Positions 23,885 to 34,800 of a stretch of DNA of 64,000 nt are shown here, in pieces (positions within the stretch are counted from its first letter, which is position 1; each line of letters starts with the position of its first letter). A program made the translations under genes and the position numbers. Origin of the DNA: Nemertoderma westbladi (Eukaryota; Animalia; Xenacoelomorpha); NCBI GenBank assembly GCA_032718475.1, contig JAUCBJ010003708.1:4285-68284 (forward strand), written 5' to 3'. The notes under the pieces were generated by a model. That model was given only the letters and a program-made list of their open reading frames with translations, had not been told where the DNA came from and searched no databases.

Positions 23885-25236
23885 ATGACAGAGTTGATAG
23901 AAGATGATCTTGGTATTAGAGAGAGATATACTCTACCTTTACAAGCGTTTGTGGATAGCTTGATACGCGGTGAAGCTGATCCAACTACTACGGAGGACGA
24001 TGGTAGTTATATCGAACCGCCTATGTCCCAGGAGCAACTTACGCGTGAATTGGACTATAGCAAATTCACCGCTCGCTATACGCATCGTAATGGTACGTAT
24101 ATGGACTTCTTAACTACCGGCCATTCTATCGATTTACACGATATGGACAAAAAGGGAAATGGTATTATTTAAATATCCTACCCAGCGGAATCGTAACCAT
24201 AAACTGAAATTCGAATGCGAAAATTCTATTCGAAATCGACTCGAAAGAAAGGACGTTCAAGAAGCTGATAAACGCGGTAACTCCAACGTATATTTAGAAT
24301 TCTTGAAGAGAAGAATTGTAACACCAAATAAATATCACCCATGTTTCCCCTATAAGACGTGTGTCTTGGTATTATTACGATGAATGCCCAAGACCAACCA
24401 ACAAACGGAAAGACATGAACACCAGCGGAGACGTTGCTTTGAACGCGGTTTGCTCGCTGTGTTTGCGGGAGTTTCGGGAGAAACTTGTTCGATGTGTCAC
24501 CAACGCTCTCTCGACTCAGGCGATCCTTGAGTAGACCTATGATCGGAGTTCCGGAATGCTCGGTCAGACCTCCTCGTTCCTTAGTTGGACCTCAGACTCT
24601 TGATCCTGATGGTATCGCGGGTCCTCACGAACTGTACTTACCGTTCAGAGATCCAGTGTTACCCGAACCGTTAGTCGGTGGCACTCAGGTTGTGGGCTCC
24701 CTAAATATCCGCCCATCTTACCTGGCCGGATTGGGGCACGGGCACCCGATATCGCCATTCAACCGTATAATCGGAATCGTCCCCGTTTAACACGATACAA
24801 CCCGTCATCAAGGCGGAGGAGAGCGTTGTACGAAAAGAGATAGACGCTATTCTACAAAGATCAGAAAAGAAATCTACGTTTGTTCAGATAAACCTAAATT
24901 ATAACAGCAAGTCGAAGCGGTAAACGGATTAGCTTTATCCCAGTTTGATTGGGAAATCCATAGTCTCTAAGACGATATTGAACTTGGACGACCCTATTCT
25001 CGGCGAGAGTTTTGGACGAACGTATCCAACGATGAGCGGAGGAAAATCAGCTCGAGGAGAAGCATATCGAAACGGCGGATACACCGACCATAATCCCACG
25101 CCTTCTGATGCAATCATATTGCACCCTTCACCCAAGAGTTATAGCCCTCATTGTAAAGTGGCTCGCCCCCAAAGAGAAAAAGACTCTTGCTAGCTTTAAA
25201 GGACTGCGTAAACGCCGTCCGCGCAAGAAAGACTAA
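23885..25236 (+). pseudogene. Decayed accessory ORF of unknown function between pol and the 3' LTR
   Basis: First 88 codons (MTELIEDDLG...) align without gaps to the sister copy, with third-position-biased differences; later segments show the same bias but carry frameshifts and stops; ends in basic LRKRRPRKKD*. Confidence 0.55.
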
Positions 25237-25314
25237 CTGTTTAGAGTATTTTCGTATTTTAGAAACTGTGATTTTGTATATTTTATAGACTTAAATCCCA
25301 TTTTCTGGGAGCGG

Positions 25315-26529
25315 TGTAAAAGCTTTTGTGGGATAACTGATTCGTTTGCCTTGCTAACCAGTTCCCCCCAGGCGCTGGAATACTCTAAAAAGGGATCTAT
25401 AGCTCGAATAGTGCAAGCTACCGGCTGATTGGCTGATTTGCTGTACGAAGGGATCTGGGCTATGTTCGATCGTCCAACCAGCTTAGGAAGGTTGCCCCAT
25501 AGCCCTGCTTTCTGTATCTGCCAATAGGATTTGAGTTGGTTTTGATTTTGACCTATCACAGATCTACTGAACTGAATTTCCTATCTGTATGCTCATTCTC
25601 TGTGGTGGGTGGAATCTTTTGTAAATAAGGGTAGCTGGCATTCTTATAGTTATTCTTATCAGTGTTCAGTGTTGTTGGTTATTCTAAGCCAGGAAGAACG
25701 GCTCTGGAATCAATTGTTTTCAGACTTTATAAGAAACATTAGTAGGCTTAGATTATAGAACGTATAACTGTTATCGGTCCAACTCGATCTTATCACAACA
25801 TATCGTGTTGGTTTTATTCTAATCTTAACCTACCGTCTTACTGCTTTTATGGTTTGTAATTATCAGTGTTCAGTTTAGTTGGATGTTATTAGTTGAAGAA
25901 TATCGTCAAATAACCCAAATTTCCCAATTTTCTTGATACACTACAGGTTAGAGAGACAGTTTACATATAACGATTGCGACTTATATTATAGTGGTTTGTA
26001 GTGAATATAATGCTATTTGGTAGCCACTACTTGAGTCAATTGCTATTCTCTTTATACGTGATCAAAGTCAGTGACTGTCGGCAAACCAGTGAGCAGTATT
26101 GTGCGGTACCGGTAGTGTGTATGATTGTGAGTGAGACTGATAACTAAGCATCTCCTAAAGAATGCGTCTCATACGTGAATTCTAAGCCATATCGTTGTGT
26201 TTGGTGTAAGTCATAACTTTGTTTACATAGATAGAGCGCCACGTCCTAAAGGAACTGCTAATATTTCCCGAAAGTGAATAATATTTGCCAGAGATTATAT
26301 ATTAGTGATCAATCGAATAATACAAGTAGGCTTCACTGCAATAAATCTAAGCATACGAATCCAGTCTCCCGGGTGTAACCATCGGGTGAATGAACGCGCA
26401 CAGGCTGGCTTCGGCTAATGTTGTGTTTATTTTGTATTAAATCTTGTCATCTTATAAAGTCAATTTACCAACTAAAGACATATAAATTTTGGCAGGTTAA
26501 ACTGCTAAAGGTCTCCAAAAGCGCGTACA
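25315..26529 (+). repeat. 3' LTR
   Basis: Near-identical to 14801-16015; followed by TSD GGCAA. Confidence 0.95.
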
Positions 26530-27552
26530 GGCAACATGTCAAGAACAACGTGGCTGGACACCGGGTGATGGCAGAGTGAGTTACTTTTGCATTTTGCATT
26601 GCATTGGCAGCTTGGCATCGATGTCATAGAAGTCCACAGTCAAACTACTCAAAAAATTATACTCTCCAGTCCTCGCTCCTCTGTTAGTAAAGTTTGCCCG
26701 TAGTGCTAACGCAATGCGATACCAAAAGTCGAGGTTTCCAATGACACTGCGACAGACAGAGGCGGTGGCCATGGTGGCAAGATGTTTGAGTACAATTCCG
26801 ACACGTTGCTGGGTATTGGGGTTGTGCAGTAGTGGGTACCCGAACGTGGAATAAAGGTCAGATGGTACAACATGAGAATCTGTCAGTCTGTTTCACTTCC
26901 ACCAGTCCTTATAAGTTCGCATAATTTCAAAACCTACATGGTTGCCGTTGCCGATCCGATGGGTGGTAGGCACAGCAGCACCAAGAGTCACTCGGTCGTA
27001 CCACTCGGACGCAGCCTAGTCCTGTAGTCTTTAATTAGACCGTAACATGAGCCGATAACGCATAACGGAAACGAAGACAACATTGAATATGAAAGGGATT
27101 TCTTTCATACAACATACAAATACAATTAAATACTGCAAAACATATGTCTGATAAGATTATCGTAAATCCGTACCGTACATGATATGGCTGCTGGAGCAGG
27201 CTGAACAGTCGCGATATCGCAATTCAAATAAATATATTTAATAATGGCACCAATATGTACATGTCGTTAAATTAATATATATACTTTTAAAACGTGGATA
27301 ACATACAGTATAACAAAAATCTTTTTAAAAAAATTATTATTATTTATTTGCCCAATATACTGTAAAAGAGTGTTTATTCTGTGTTATAAAATGCATTAAA
27401 ATGCAGTAGCATATACATACAGTACAGTAATAATAAAATAATGATGTAGTGATATAGTAAATATATATAATAAATAATATAATATATAATAATATACTGT
27501 ATAATAACTGTACATGTTAATGTTGACAAAATTATGTCTTAAATTAATTTAG

Positions 27553-27726
27553 AAAACACAACTTTGGAAGAAGAAGAAGAACACATCAAAGAAGATTTCC
27601 TCAGTTCCGATTTGAAAATGAAACTGAAAATCACTTTAAAATTTCCAAAAAATTTCAATAATAGGAAGGTGTACCTGTTTGAACCCGGGTTAACGACTGA
27701 CGGAGATGGCTACAGGAGATTCCCAG
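27553..27726 (+). CDS. Probable exon 2 of the unidentified gene
   Basis: TTTAG| acceptor and |GTTAAT donor; 174 bp, phase 1-1, open (ENTTLEEEEEHIKEDF...DGDGYRRFP), phase-compatible with the donor at 13591. Confidence 0.55.
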
Positions 27727-28471
27727 GTTAATGTTTTATAAAAATACATAATCGCAGTTATGAATAAAACGCAATTTATAAATTCGTCCAAATAAAACTT
27801 TCGAAGTTAACTGGCTTCAACAGTAGTTGTATGTCTATTATAATAATTAAAGTCAACGGAACTTAAAGTCGTCAGTATGTAAGGTCTAATGTGGAGTACG
27901 GACCACAAGGGACGACATTGTTGCAAGAATTACTACAGTAAATCGTTTGTGCGACACAAGTGCCTTTTAGTTGTATTAATAAGCCACTACGTAAAACAAC
28001 TACTAGAACTTTTTCGTGATTTTGGTTGAATTTTATTTACAACCAATAATCAGAGCATCGTGCCAATATTTGTTATAAGATTTCCTCCCTCTAGCTGTGG
28101 TTCCCGGAGGTGCTCTGATTGGGTCTATCGAATTCAGCTTAGATTAATAGTCTTGTATGAAGCAGACCCAAATACCCTATTTGGGACAAAGTTAAATCAA
28201 ACACCCTATTTGGGATACTAGAATATCATTTTTAGCACAAAGTTAAATCAAAGCCAGGCTATTGAATTCCACACTCTTTTTAGTATTAATTATCTTAGGC
28301 TACTCCTACTACTAATATTAACTACAGTATCTGGAAACTCTTAAAACTCAATTTGAGAAAGTCGCTCCCTATTCGGGACACAATAAACAACTCATTTGTT
28401 CTGTACAAAAAATAAAGATAACTAATGTTAAAGATATCAAACCAACTGATGCATACTAACTAATTATTCAG

Positions 28472-28539
28472 GCGTTTTTCACGCACGCAACGATTGGATC
28501 CCCGTTGAAAAGAGTTCACTGCTGAAGATGCCACCATAG
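28472..28539 (+). CDS. Probable terminal exon 3 of the unidentified gene
   Basis: TACTAAC branch point and TTCAG acceptor; phase-1 continuation GVFHARNDWIPVEKSSLLKMPP*. Confidence 0.4.
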
Positions 28540-29634
28540 TCTCTACTGGAGCACATCATTGCTTAAAAGATATCCAACTCTACTGTTCTGTACCGACGGT
28601 ACACGGTCTAACATTTCGATATACCGTCCTTTTATTGCAGCCACTACTGGGTGTAAACATCCGACGGCCGATAACGACAAATATAAACTGTGATCACGAC
28701 TCTCGTTTATTGTTTTGGTTAGAATAACTTTTCAGTGTAACCTGCTCCTTTCCTTTAATTGATAATTAACATTAATTCGATTTAATACAGTAATGATTGT
28801 CGGCTTTGCTTGTCGGTTGTCGGCTTGCCGTTTTACACCCAATTAATCCTGTGATTTTGGAAATAAATGGTTATTAACAGTAAAAAACAAAATCAAAACC
28901 TCACAATTCTTACTCAATCAGTGTAAGCAAAATCAAAGATACATCATTAAATTAATTATTTTCAATCTGTTTTATAATTATTCATTTAAGGGTGAGGGGG
29001 GGTGGGTAGCACCCCCAAATTGAATCTCACATTTTTGTGTCTCTGGACCATAAAATTGGGTGAAAATTACTTTTTGTGCTACTAAACATCGTCTGGACTG
29101 TGTGAGAATAACCAAACCAAATATTTTTAATATTGGCCCCAAAATGGCTCCGTAATGGCCAAAAGTGCCTTTTTGCGCCAAGGGCTTTTCTCCACCAATA
29201 TTTGATTAAATGTGTCGAAATTTGGAATATAGGTTCAGAAGAACCCTGTATCCAATTCTGCGAATGTTAACACAACGCATACTTATAGACAAAGACTATA
29301 TTATATGCAAATAAAGAGGCGATGTCTACTTACAATTATAGACTTTAATTTCTATATCTCGTACAATTTGTCGAGACTCACAATATTTTCAACTCAGTGT
29401 AAACATTGATCGTCGTTTGAGCTCCATCCACATTCCATACCACAATATTTAAAGTACTACTGTTAATGTTTTGGGGTCCAATTTCATTATTATATTATAA
29501 CCAGATAATACCTAGGTATATTTACCTGATTACATTTATTACTGTATTACAGTTGTAATACCCTATACCCTATATTGTATGTACCCTATACAGTATCTGT
29601 ACTGTATATCCTGATATCGCCCTTACCACTTACA

Positions 29635-31596
29635 ATGCATCATGTTGTATTTGTATATTATTGTTTGTTTATTTTTCTACTGATTTACAATGGGGACTGT
29701 CATTCTATATGTAACAGCGAAGTTTACCGACGTTCTCGTCCCAACCACGGAGCTCGACTAACGTACGACCGCCTCTCCCGTCGTTCAGTCAGCCGACCTT
29801 TTCTCATTCGTCCATTTTTCGACTCTTCCGTCGGTGAACTCTCGGTAGAACTCCGCGCGTTGCTAACCGAGAGGATCTTCCCGGAAGCTTTGGACTACTT
29901 CGCCTCGACTCTGACCGCGGTAACTCCCCCGGATCGCGTTCAACTGCACCGCGATTGCGCCAACTACGAGGCGCCTTCCACGTACACCGAGGACCGTCGA
30001 TACGAGTTCTGTCCCGCTCGAACGGGCTGCGGCGCGCAGACTCGCTGCAACGAGGTGCTAGTCCCCGAGTCCCACCTCCTTGCCTGTCGGACATTCGACG
30101 AAGATACGAAAGGACAGACAGTCTCCGGCGAGGACGGACCCGGCGTCTCCGACACTGACTTTGTACTTTACGTCTCCGCAATCGAGTCAACCCGTTGCCT
30201 AGGAACCACAGTCGCTTACGCGACCTACTGCCAGCTTGACCATGAGACAGACAGACCAGTCGCAGGTCACGCCAACTTCTGCCCACAAGCGCTGTCGCTC
30301 AAAGCGCATCACTACCTGGACATCCTGTCCACCGTTAAACACGAGATAATCCACACACTCGCGTTCAGTACCGGCCTCTTTGCCTTCTTTCGTGACTCCA
30401 ACGGCGAACCGCGGACACAGAGAAACCCGTCGAGCGGGTTGCCCCTCGAATGGGACGAATTGAACGGCTGGTTCCGGTGGAGCGACGACACCGTGAGGAA
30501 CGCGAGTTACCGCTGGGAAGTCCGAGACGGAACGCTGGAACACCCAGTGGCCCTGATGGTGACTCCGGCGGTGCGACGCGAGGCGCGGCTGCAGTTCGCC
30601 TGCGAGACGCTAGAGGGAGCCGAGTTGGAGAACCAGGGGGGCCCGGGGACCGCGTTGGTCCACTGGGAGAAGCGGATCTTTGAGAGCGAAGCGATGACCG
30701 GCGCGCACACGCAGACGAGGTACTTCTCGCGGTTGACGCTCGCGTTGCTCGAGGACTCCGGGTGGTACCGGGTGTCGGACTACCGGAAGGGGGAGTCGTC
30801 GCCGTGGGGCGCGGCGCTCGGTTGTCGCTTCGCGACGGGCAGCTGCGGGGAGTGGATGCGCGCCAATGGTAACGACGGCGCGCCGTACTGCGCGGAGGTG
30901 CGCGGGGCGCGGTTGCGCACGCGATGCGACCCGCTGCGGCGCGCCGTTGTCGCGTGCAACCTTGTGGACCACGGGGCCCCGCTGCCCCAGGAGTACCGCT
31001 ACGTCCCGCTAGGGGGCGCCGCAGTGCGATGGCGGGGGCTCCCGCTAGGGGCGCCCCTCTCGCACTACGGCGGCGAGGTCGAACTCGCCGACTTCTGCCC
31101 CTTCCCGCAGGAGATAGACTGGCGCGCCGACGGGGTCTCCGTGAGGGGGTCCCGCTGCGCGTTGCCCAGCAACCAACGGGACCCCCTGGAGGACGTCGCC
31201 ATGGAGACGTACGGGGCGGCGTCCGTCTGTCTGGAGCAGCCGACCCAGTGGGTCTCCTACCGGTGCGACACCGCCACGCGGTTCCATAACACCGGCAGCG
31301 GTTGCTACGGCTACCGGTGCGCGCCCTCTGGTCTCGCCGTGGTCGTCGGGGGTCGCGACTACCCCTGTCGCTATGACAACGAGACTCTGTACATATCCGC
31401 GGTATCCCATGGTTACCTGCGTAACGGCAGCGTTTCCTGTCCGCCCTGTCCGGATTATTGTCCGGTTTGTCCGGATCTTCCGACCGTCCGGTTGGTTTCC
31501 GACTCGGTTTCCGAGATTCCCTGTAGCGGCTGCACCTGGACCCCTTGGTTGCTATGGGTTACCACTAGTCTCCTAGTAACCAACGATTTTCTATAA
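29635..31596 (+). CDS. LMLN: Leishmanolysin-like (invadolysin, peptidase M8) zinc metalloprotease, single coding exon
   Basis: HEIIH zincin motif, ELENQGGPGTALVHWEKR, Met-turn EAMTG, DFVLYV, ADFCP; hydrophobic signal-like N-terminus from ATG 29635; Cys-rich C-terminus with hydrophobic tail. Confidence 0.93.
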   Translation: MHHVVFVYYCLFIFLLIYNGDCHSICNSEVYRRSRPNHGARLTYDRLSRRSVSRPFLIRPFFDSSVGELSVELRALLTERIFPEALDYFASTLTAVTPPDRVQLHRDCANYEAPSTYTEDRRYEFCPARTGCGAQTRCNEVLVPESHLLACRTFDEDTKGQTVSGEDGPGVSDTDFVLYVSAIESTRCLGTTVAYATYCQLDHETDRPVAGHANFCPQALSLKAHHYLDILSTVKHEIIHTLAFSTGLFAFFRDSNGEPRTQRNPSSGLPLEWDELNGWFRWSDDTVRNASYRWEVRDGTLEHPVALMVTPAVRREARLQFACETLEGAELENQGGPGTALVHWEKRIFESEAMTGAHTQTRYFSRLTLALLEDSGWYRVSDYRKGESSPWGAALGCRFATGSCGEWMRANGNDGAPYCAEVRGARLRTRCDPLRRAVVACNLVDHGAPLPQEYRYVPLGGAAVRWRGLPLGAPLSHYGGEVELADFCPFPQEIDWRADGVSVRGSRCALPSNQRDPLEDVAMETYGAASVCLEQPTQWVSYRCDTATRFHNTGSGCYGYRCAPSGLAVVVGGRDYPCRYDNETLYISAVSHGYLRNGSVSCPPCPDYCPVCPDLPTVRLVSDSVSEIPCSGCTWTPWLLWVTTSLLVTNDFL

Positions 31597-31899
31597 ATTA
31601 TTTTTGTGCTACTTTTTTTTATATTTTGTTTATATATTTTTCTACCTCTTCTACTTCTACCTCAATATATTCTACTTGTCCGCCTCCCGAAATTTATCAG
31701 AGAAAGTCGAATAATTTTGTTTTTTTCTCTTTTCGAGTTGATATAAATATGTCCCACGTGCTGCGCGAAGGCCCCCACCTACTCGTTACAAATAGTAAGT
31801 AAATCAATCAGCTCGTTCACTTTGTTTCACATTCGATTATTTGGAATTTATTATAATTTTATGTTATGGAAATAAATGTTCATTATGCTGAGGAATTAA

Positions 31900-34800
31900 T
31901 TGATTATTAATTACAGATACGGATACAGATATGGAATCGGTGAGTCGGTTCCTCAAGTGCCTGGGGTTGGGGAGTCGGTCCCTCAGCTGTCTGGAGTAGG
32001 TGAGTCGGTTCCTTCGGTGAACGGGGTTGGTAAGTCAGTTCCTTCACTGTCTGGAGTGGGTGAGTCGGTTCCTTCGGTGTCCGTGGTTGGTAAGTTGGTT
32101 ACTCAAGTGTATGGGGTTGATGAGTCCGTTCCTCAAGAGTCTGGAATCGGTGTGTCGGTTTCTCAATTGTTTGGAGTCGGTGAGTCAGTTCCACAAGTTT
32201 CTGGAGCTAGTGAGTCGGTTCCTCAAGAGTCCGGGATCGGTGACTCGGTCCCTTCAGTGTCTGGAGCTGGTGAGTCGGTTCTTTCAGTCTCTGGAGTCGG
32301 CGAGTCGGTTCCTCATGTGTCTGGGGTCAGTGAGTCAGTTCGTTTAGTGTCTAGAGTCGGTGAGTCGGTTTCTGAAATGTATGGATTCGGTGAATCGGTT
32401 CCTCAAGTGTGTGGGGTTGGTGAGACGGATCCTCACGTGTCTGGGGCCGGTGAGGCGGTCCCTTCAGTGTCTGGAGTCGGCGAGTCGGTTCCTCATGTGT
32501 CTGGGGTCAGAGAGTCAGTTCGTTTAGTGTCTAGAGTCGGTGAGTCGGTTTCTGAAATGTATGGATTCGGTGAGTCGGTTCCTCAAGTGTCTGGGGTCGG
32601 TGAGTCGGTCCCTTCAGTGTCTGGAGTCGGCGAGTCGGTTCCTCATGTGTCTGGGGTCAGAGAGTCAGTTCGATTAGTGTCTAGAGTCGGTGAGTCGGTT
32701 TCTGAAATGTATGGATTCGGTGAGTCGGTTCCTCAAGTGTGTGGGGTTGGTGAGCCGGTTCCTCAAATGTCTGGGGTCGGTGAGTCAGGCGGCGCTGTAT
32801 CTAGAGTCGGTGACTTGGTTTCTCAGGTGTATGGAGTCGTGCCTGCAGTCGGTGAGCCGGCTCCTTCAGTGTCTGCATCCAGTGAGTCGGTTGTTCCGGT
32901 GTCTGGGGTCGGCGAGTCGGTTCCTCCAGTGTCTGGAGTCGGTGAGCCGGTTCCTTCGGTGTTTGAGGTTGGGGAGTCTGTCTCTTCAGTGCCTGTAGTC
33001 GGTGACTCTGTTCCTTCAGTATCTGGTTTCGGTGAGTCTGTCCGTTCAGTGTCTGGAGTCGGTAAGTCGGCTCCTCAAATGTCTAGCGTCGGTGAGTCGG
33101 TTCCTCAGGCTTCTGGGGTCGGTGAGTCATTCCGCTCAGTGTCTGGAGTCGATGAGTCGGTTCCTCCAGTGTCTGGAGTCGGTGAGCCGGTTCCTTCGGT
33201 GTTTGGGGTTGGTGACTCTGTCTCTTCAGTGCCTGTAGTCGGTGAGTCTGTTCCTTCAGTATCTGGATTCGGTGAATCTGTCCGTTCAGTGTCTAGAGTC
33301 GGTGAGTCGGCTCCTCAAATGTCTCGTGTCGGTGAGTCGGTTCCTCAGGGGTCTGGGGTCGGTGAGTCATTCCGCTCAGTATCTGGATTCGGTGAATCTG
33401 TCCGTTCAGTGTCTAGAGTCGTTGAGTCGGCTCCTCAAATGTCTCGTGTCGGTGAGTCGGTTCCTCGAGTCTCTGGAGTCGGTGAGTCTGTTCCTTCGGT
33501 GTTAGGGGTTGGTGAGTCTGTCCGTTTAGTCTCTGGAGTCGGTGAGTCGGCCCCTCAAGTATCTGGAATCGGTGGATCGGTTCCTTCATTGTCTGGAGTC
33601 GGTGAGTCGGTTCCTCAAGTGTCTAGGGTTGGTGAGTCGGTTCCTCAAGAGTATGGGGTCGGTGAGTTGGTTCCTTATGTGTCTGGAGTCGGTGAGTCAG
33701 TCCCTTCAGTATCTGGAGTCGGTGAGTCGGCCCCTCAAGTGTCTGGAGTCCGTGGGTCGGTTCCTTCATTGTCTGGAGTCAGTGAGTCGGTCCCTCGAGT
33801 GTCTGGGGTTGGTGAGTCGGTTCCTCAAGACTATGGTGTCGGTGAATTGGTTCCTTCAGTGTCTGGAGTCGGTGAGTCAGTCCCTTCAGTATCTGGAGTC
33901 GATGAGTCGGCCCCTCAAGTGTCTGGAGTCGGTGGGTCACTTCCTTCGGTGTCTGTTATCAGTGTGTCGGTCCCTTCGGTGTCTGTTGGTATTGGTGTGT
34001 CGGACACTCAAGGGTCTGGGGTCGGCTCGTCAGGGCCTCCAATGTCTGGAGCTGGCACGTGTCCAGTATGTTTGAGGGTCTTCGGAATAAAAGCCAATGG
34101 GACTCTGCGCACACATGGCCCACCTGCCAACCGGTGCCTGGGATCTAGTGTCCAGCCAGATGCTTCAGCCTCCTTGCAAGGTCCCCCCATCAGACATTCC
34201 CAAGGGGAATTATCAGAGTGGGATATTTTGAATATAGTACGAGGGTGGCGAACAAGGCAGCTGAGACATGTCCCAAAGGCATCGAGGACCAACTTAGCTG
34301 ACCTGTTCGCTGAGTTGTTTACTGCTATTGCAGACGAACCGATGAGAGTCCATAAATGGATCTGGCTACTCATAGTTGGCGACTTCTGTATCCCAGCGCC
34401 AAGTCGAGGGGGGAGGAAACACCAGCGATCTCTTGCTTCCCTCATTAACCAAAGGATCGCCGATTTCCGTGCCATGGTTAATTCAGGTTCAGGTTTTCCA
34501 ACACCACCATTTCGGACATCTGGCCCCTATTGCCAGAGGCCCCAGGAGGAGTCGGTTAGACTGGCTACCATGGTGGCAGAGAAGATAGAGGATGGTGACA
34601 TCAAGGGAGCTATACGGTTAGCTTCCTCGAAGAACGCCATTGCCCCCAACACACCGGAGACACTAGAGTTGCTACGGGGAAAGCACCCTGCCAGACCAGA
34701 TGATAGAAGAGACCCACCACCGCCTGTCACCTCGTCTGCTCGCCCTTGTACCCCCACGATACTCCGGAGGTTGATCTCATCCTTCCCTAGCGGGAGTGCT

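Larger units (their letters stand above)
14801..26529 (+). mobile_element. BEL/Pao LTR retrotransposon, non-autonomous (RT and integrase deleted), recent insertion
   Basis: Two 1215-bp LTRs TGT...ACA; 5-bp TSD GGCAA at 14796-14800 and 26530-26534; purine tract GGGAGCGG before the 3' LTR; BEL-type Gag and protease. Confidence 0.95.

Noticed and set aside
14565-27020. GC-richer sequence either side of the BEL insertion (14565-14800 and 26535-27020) as an interrupted gene
   Set aside because: Rejoining the empty site gave no long or recognisable frame in those I tried; may be an old repeat.
29804-31576. Short overlapping ORFs within LMLN
   Set aside because: Shadow ORFs caused by high GC.
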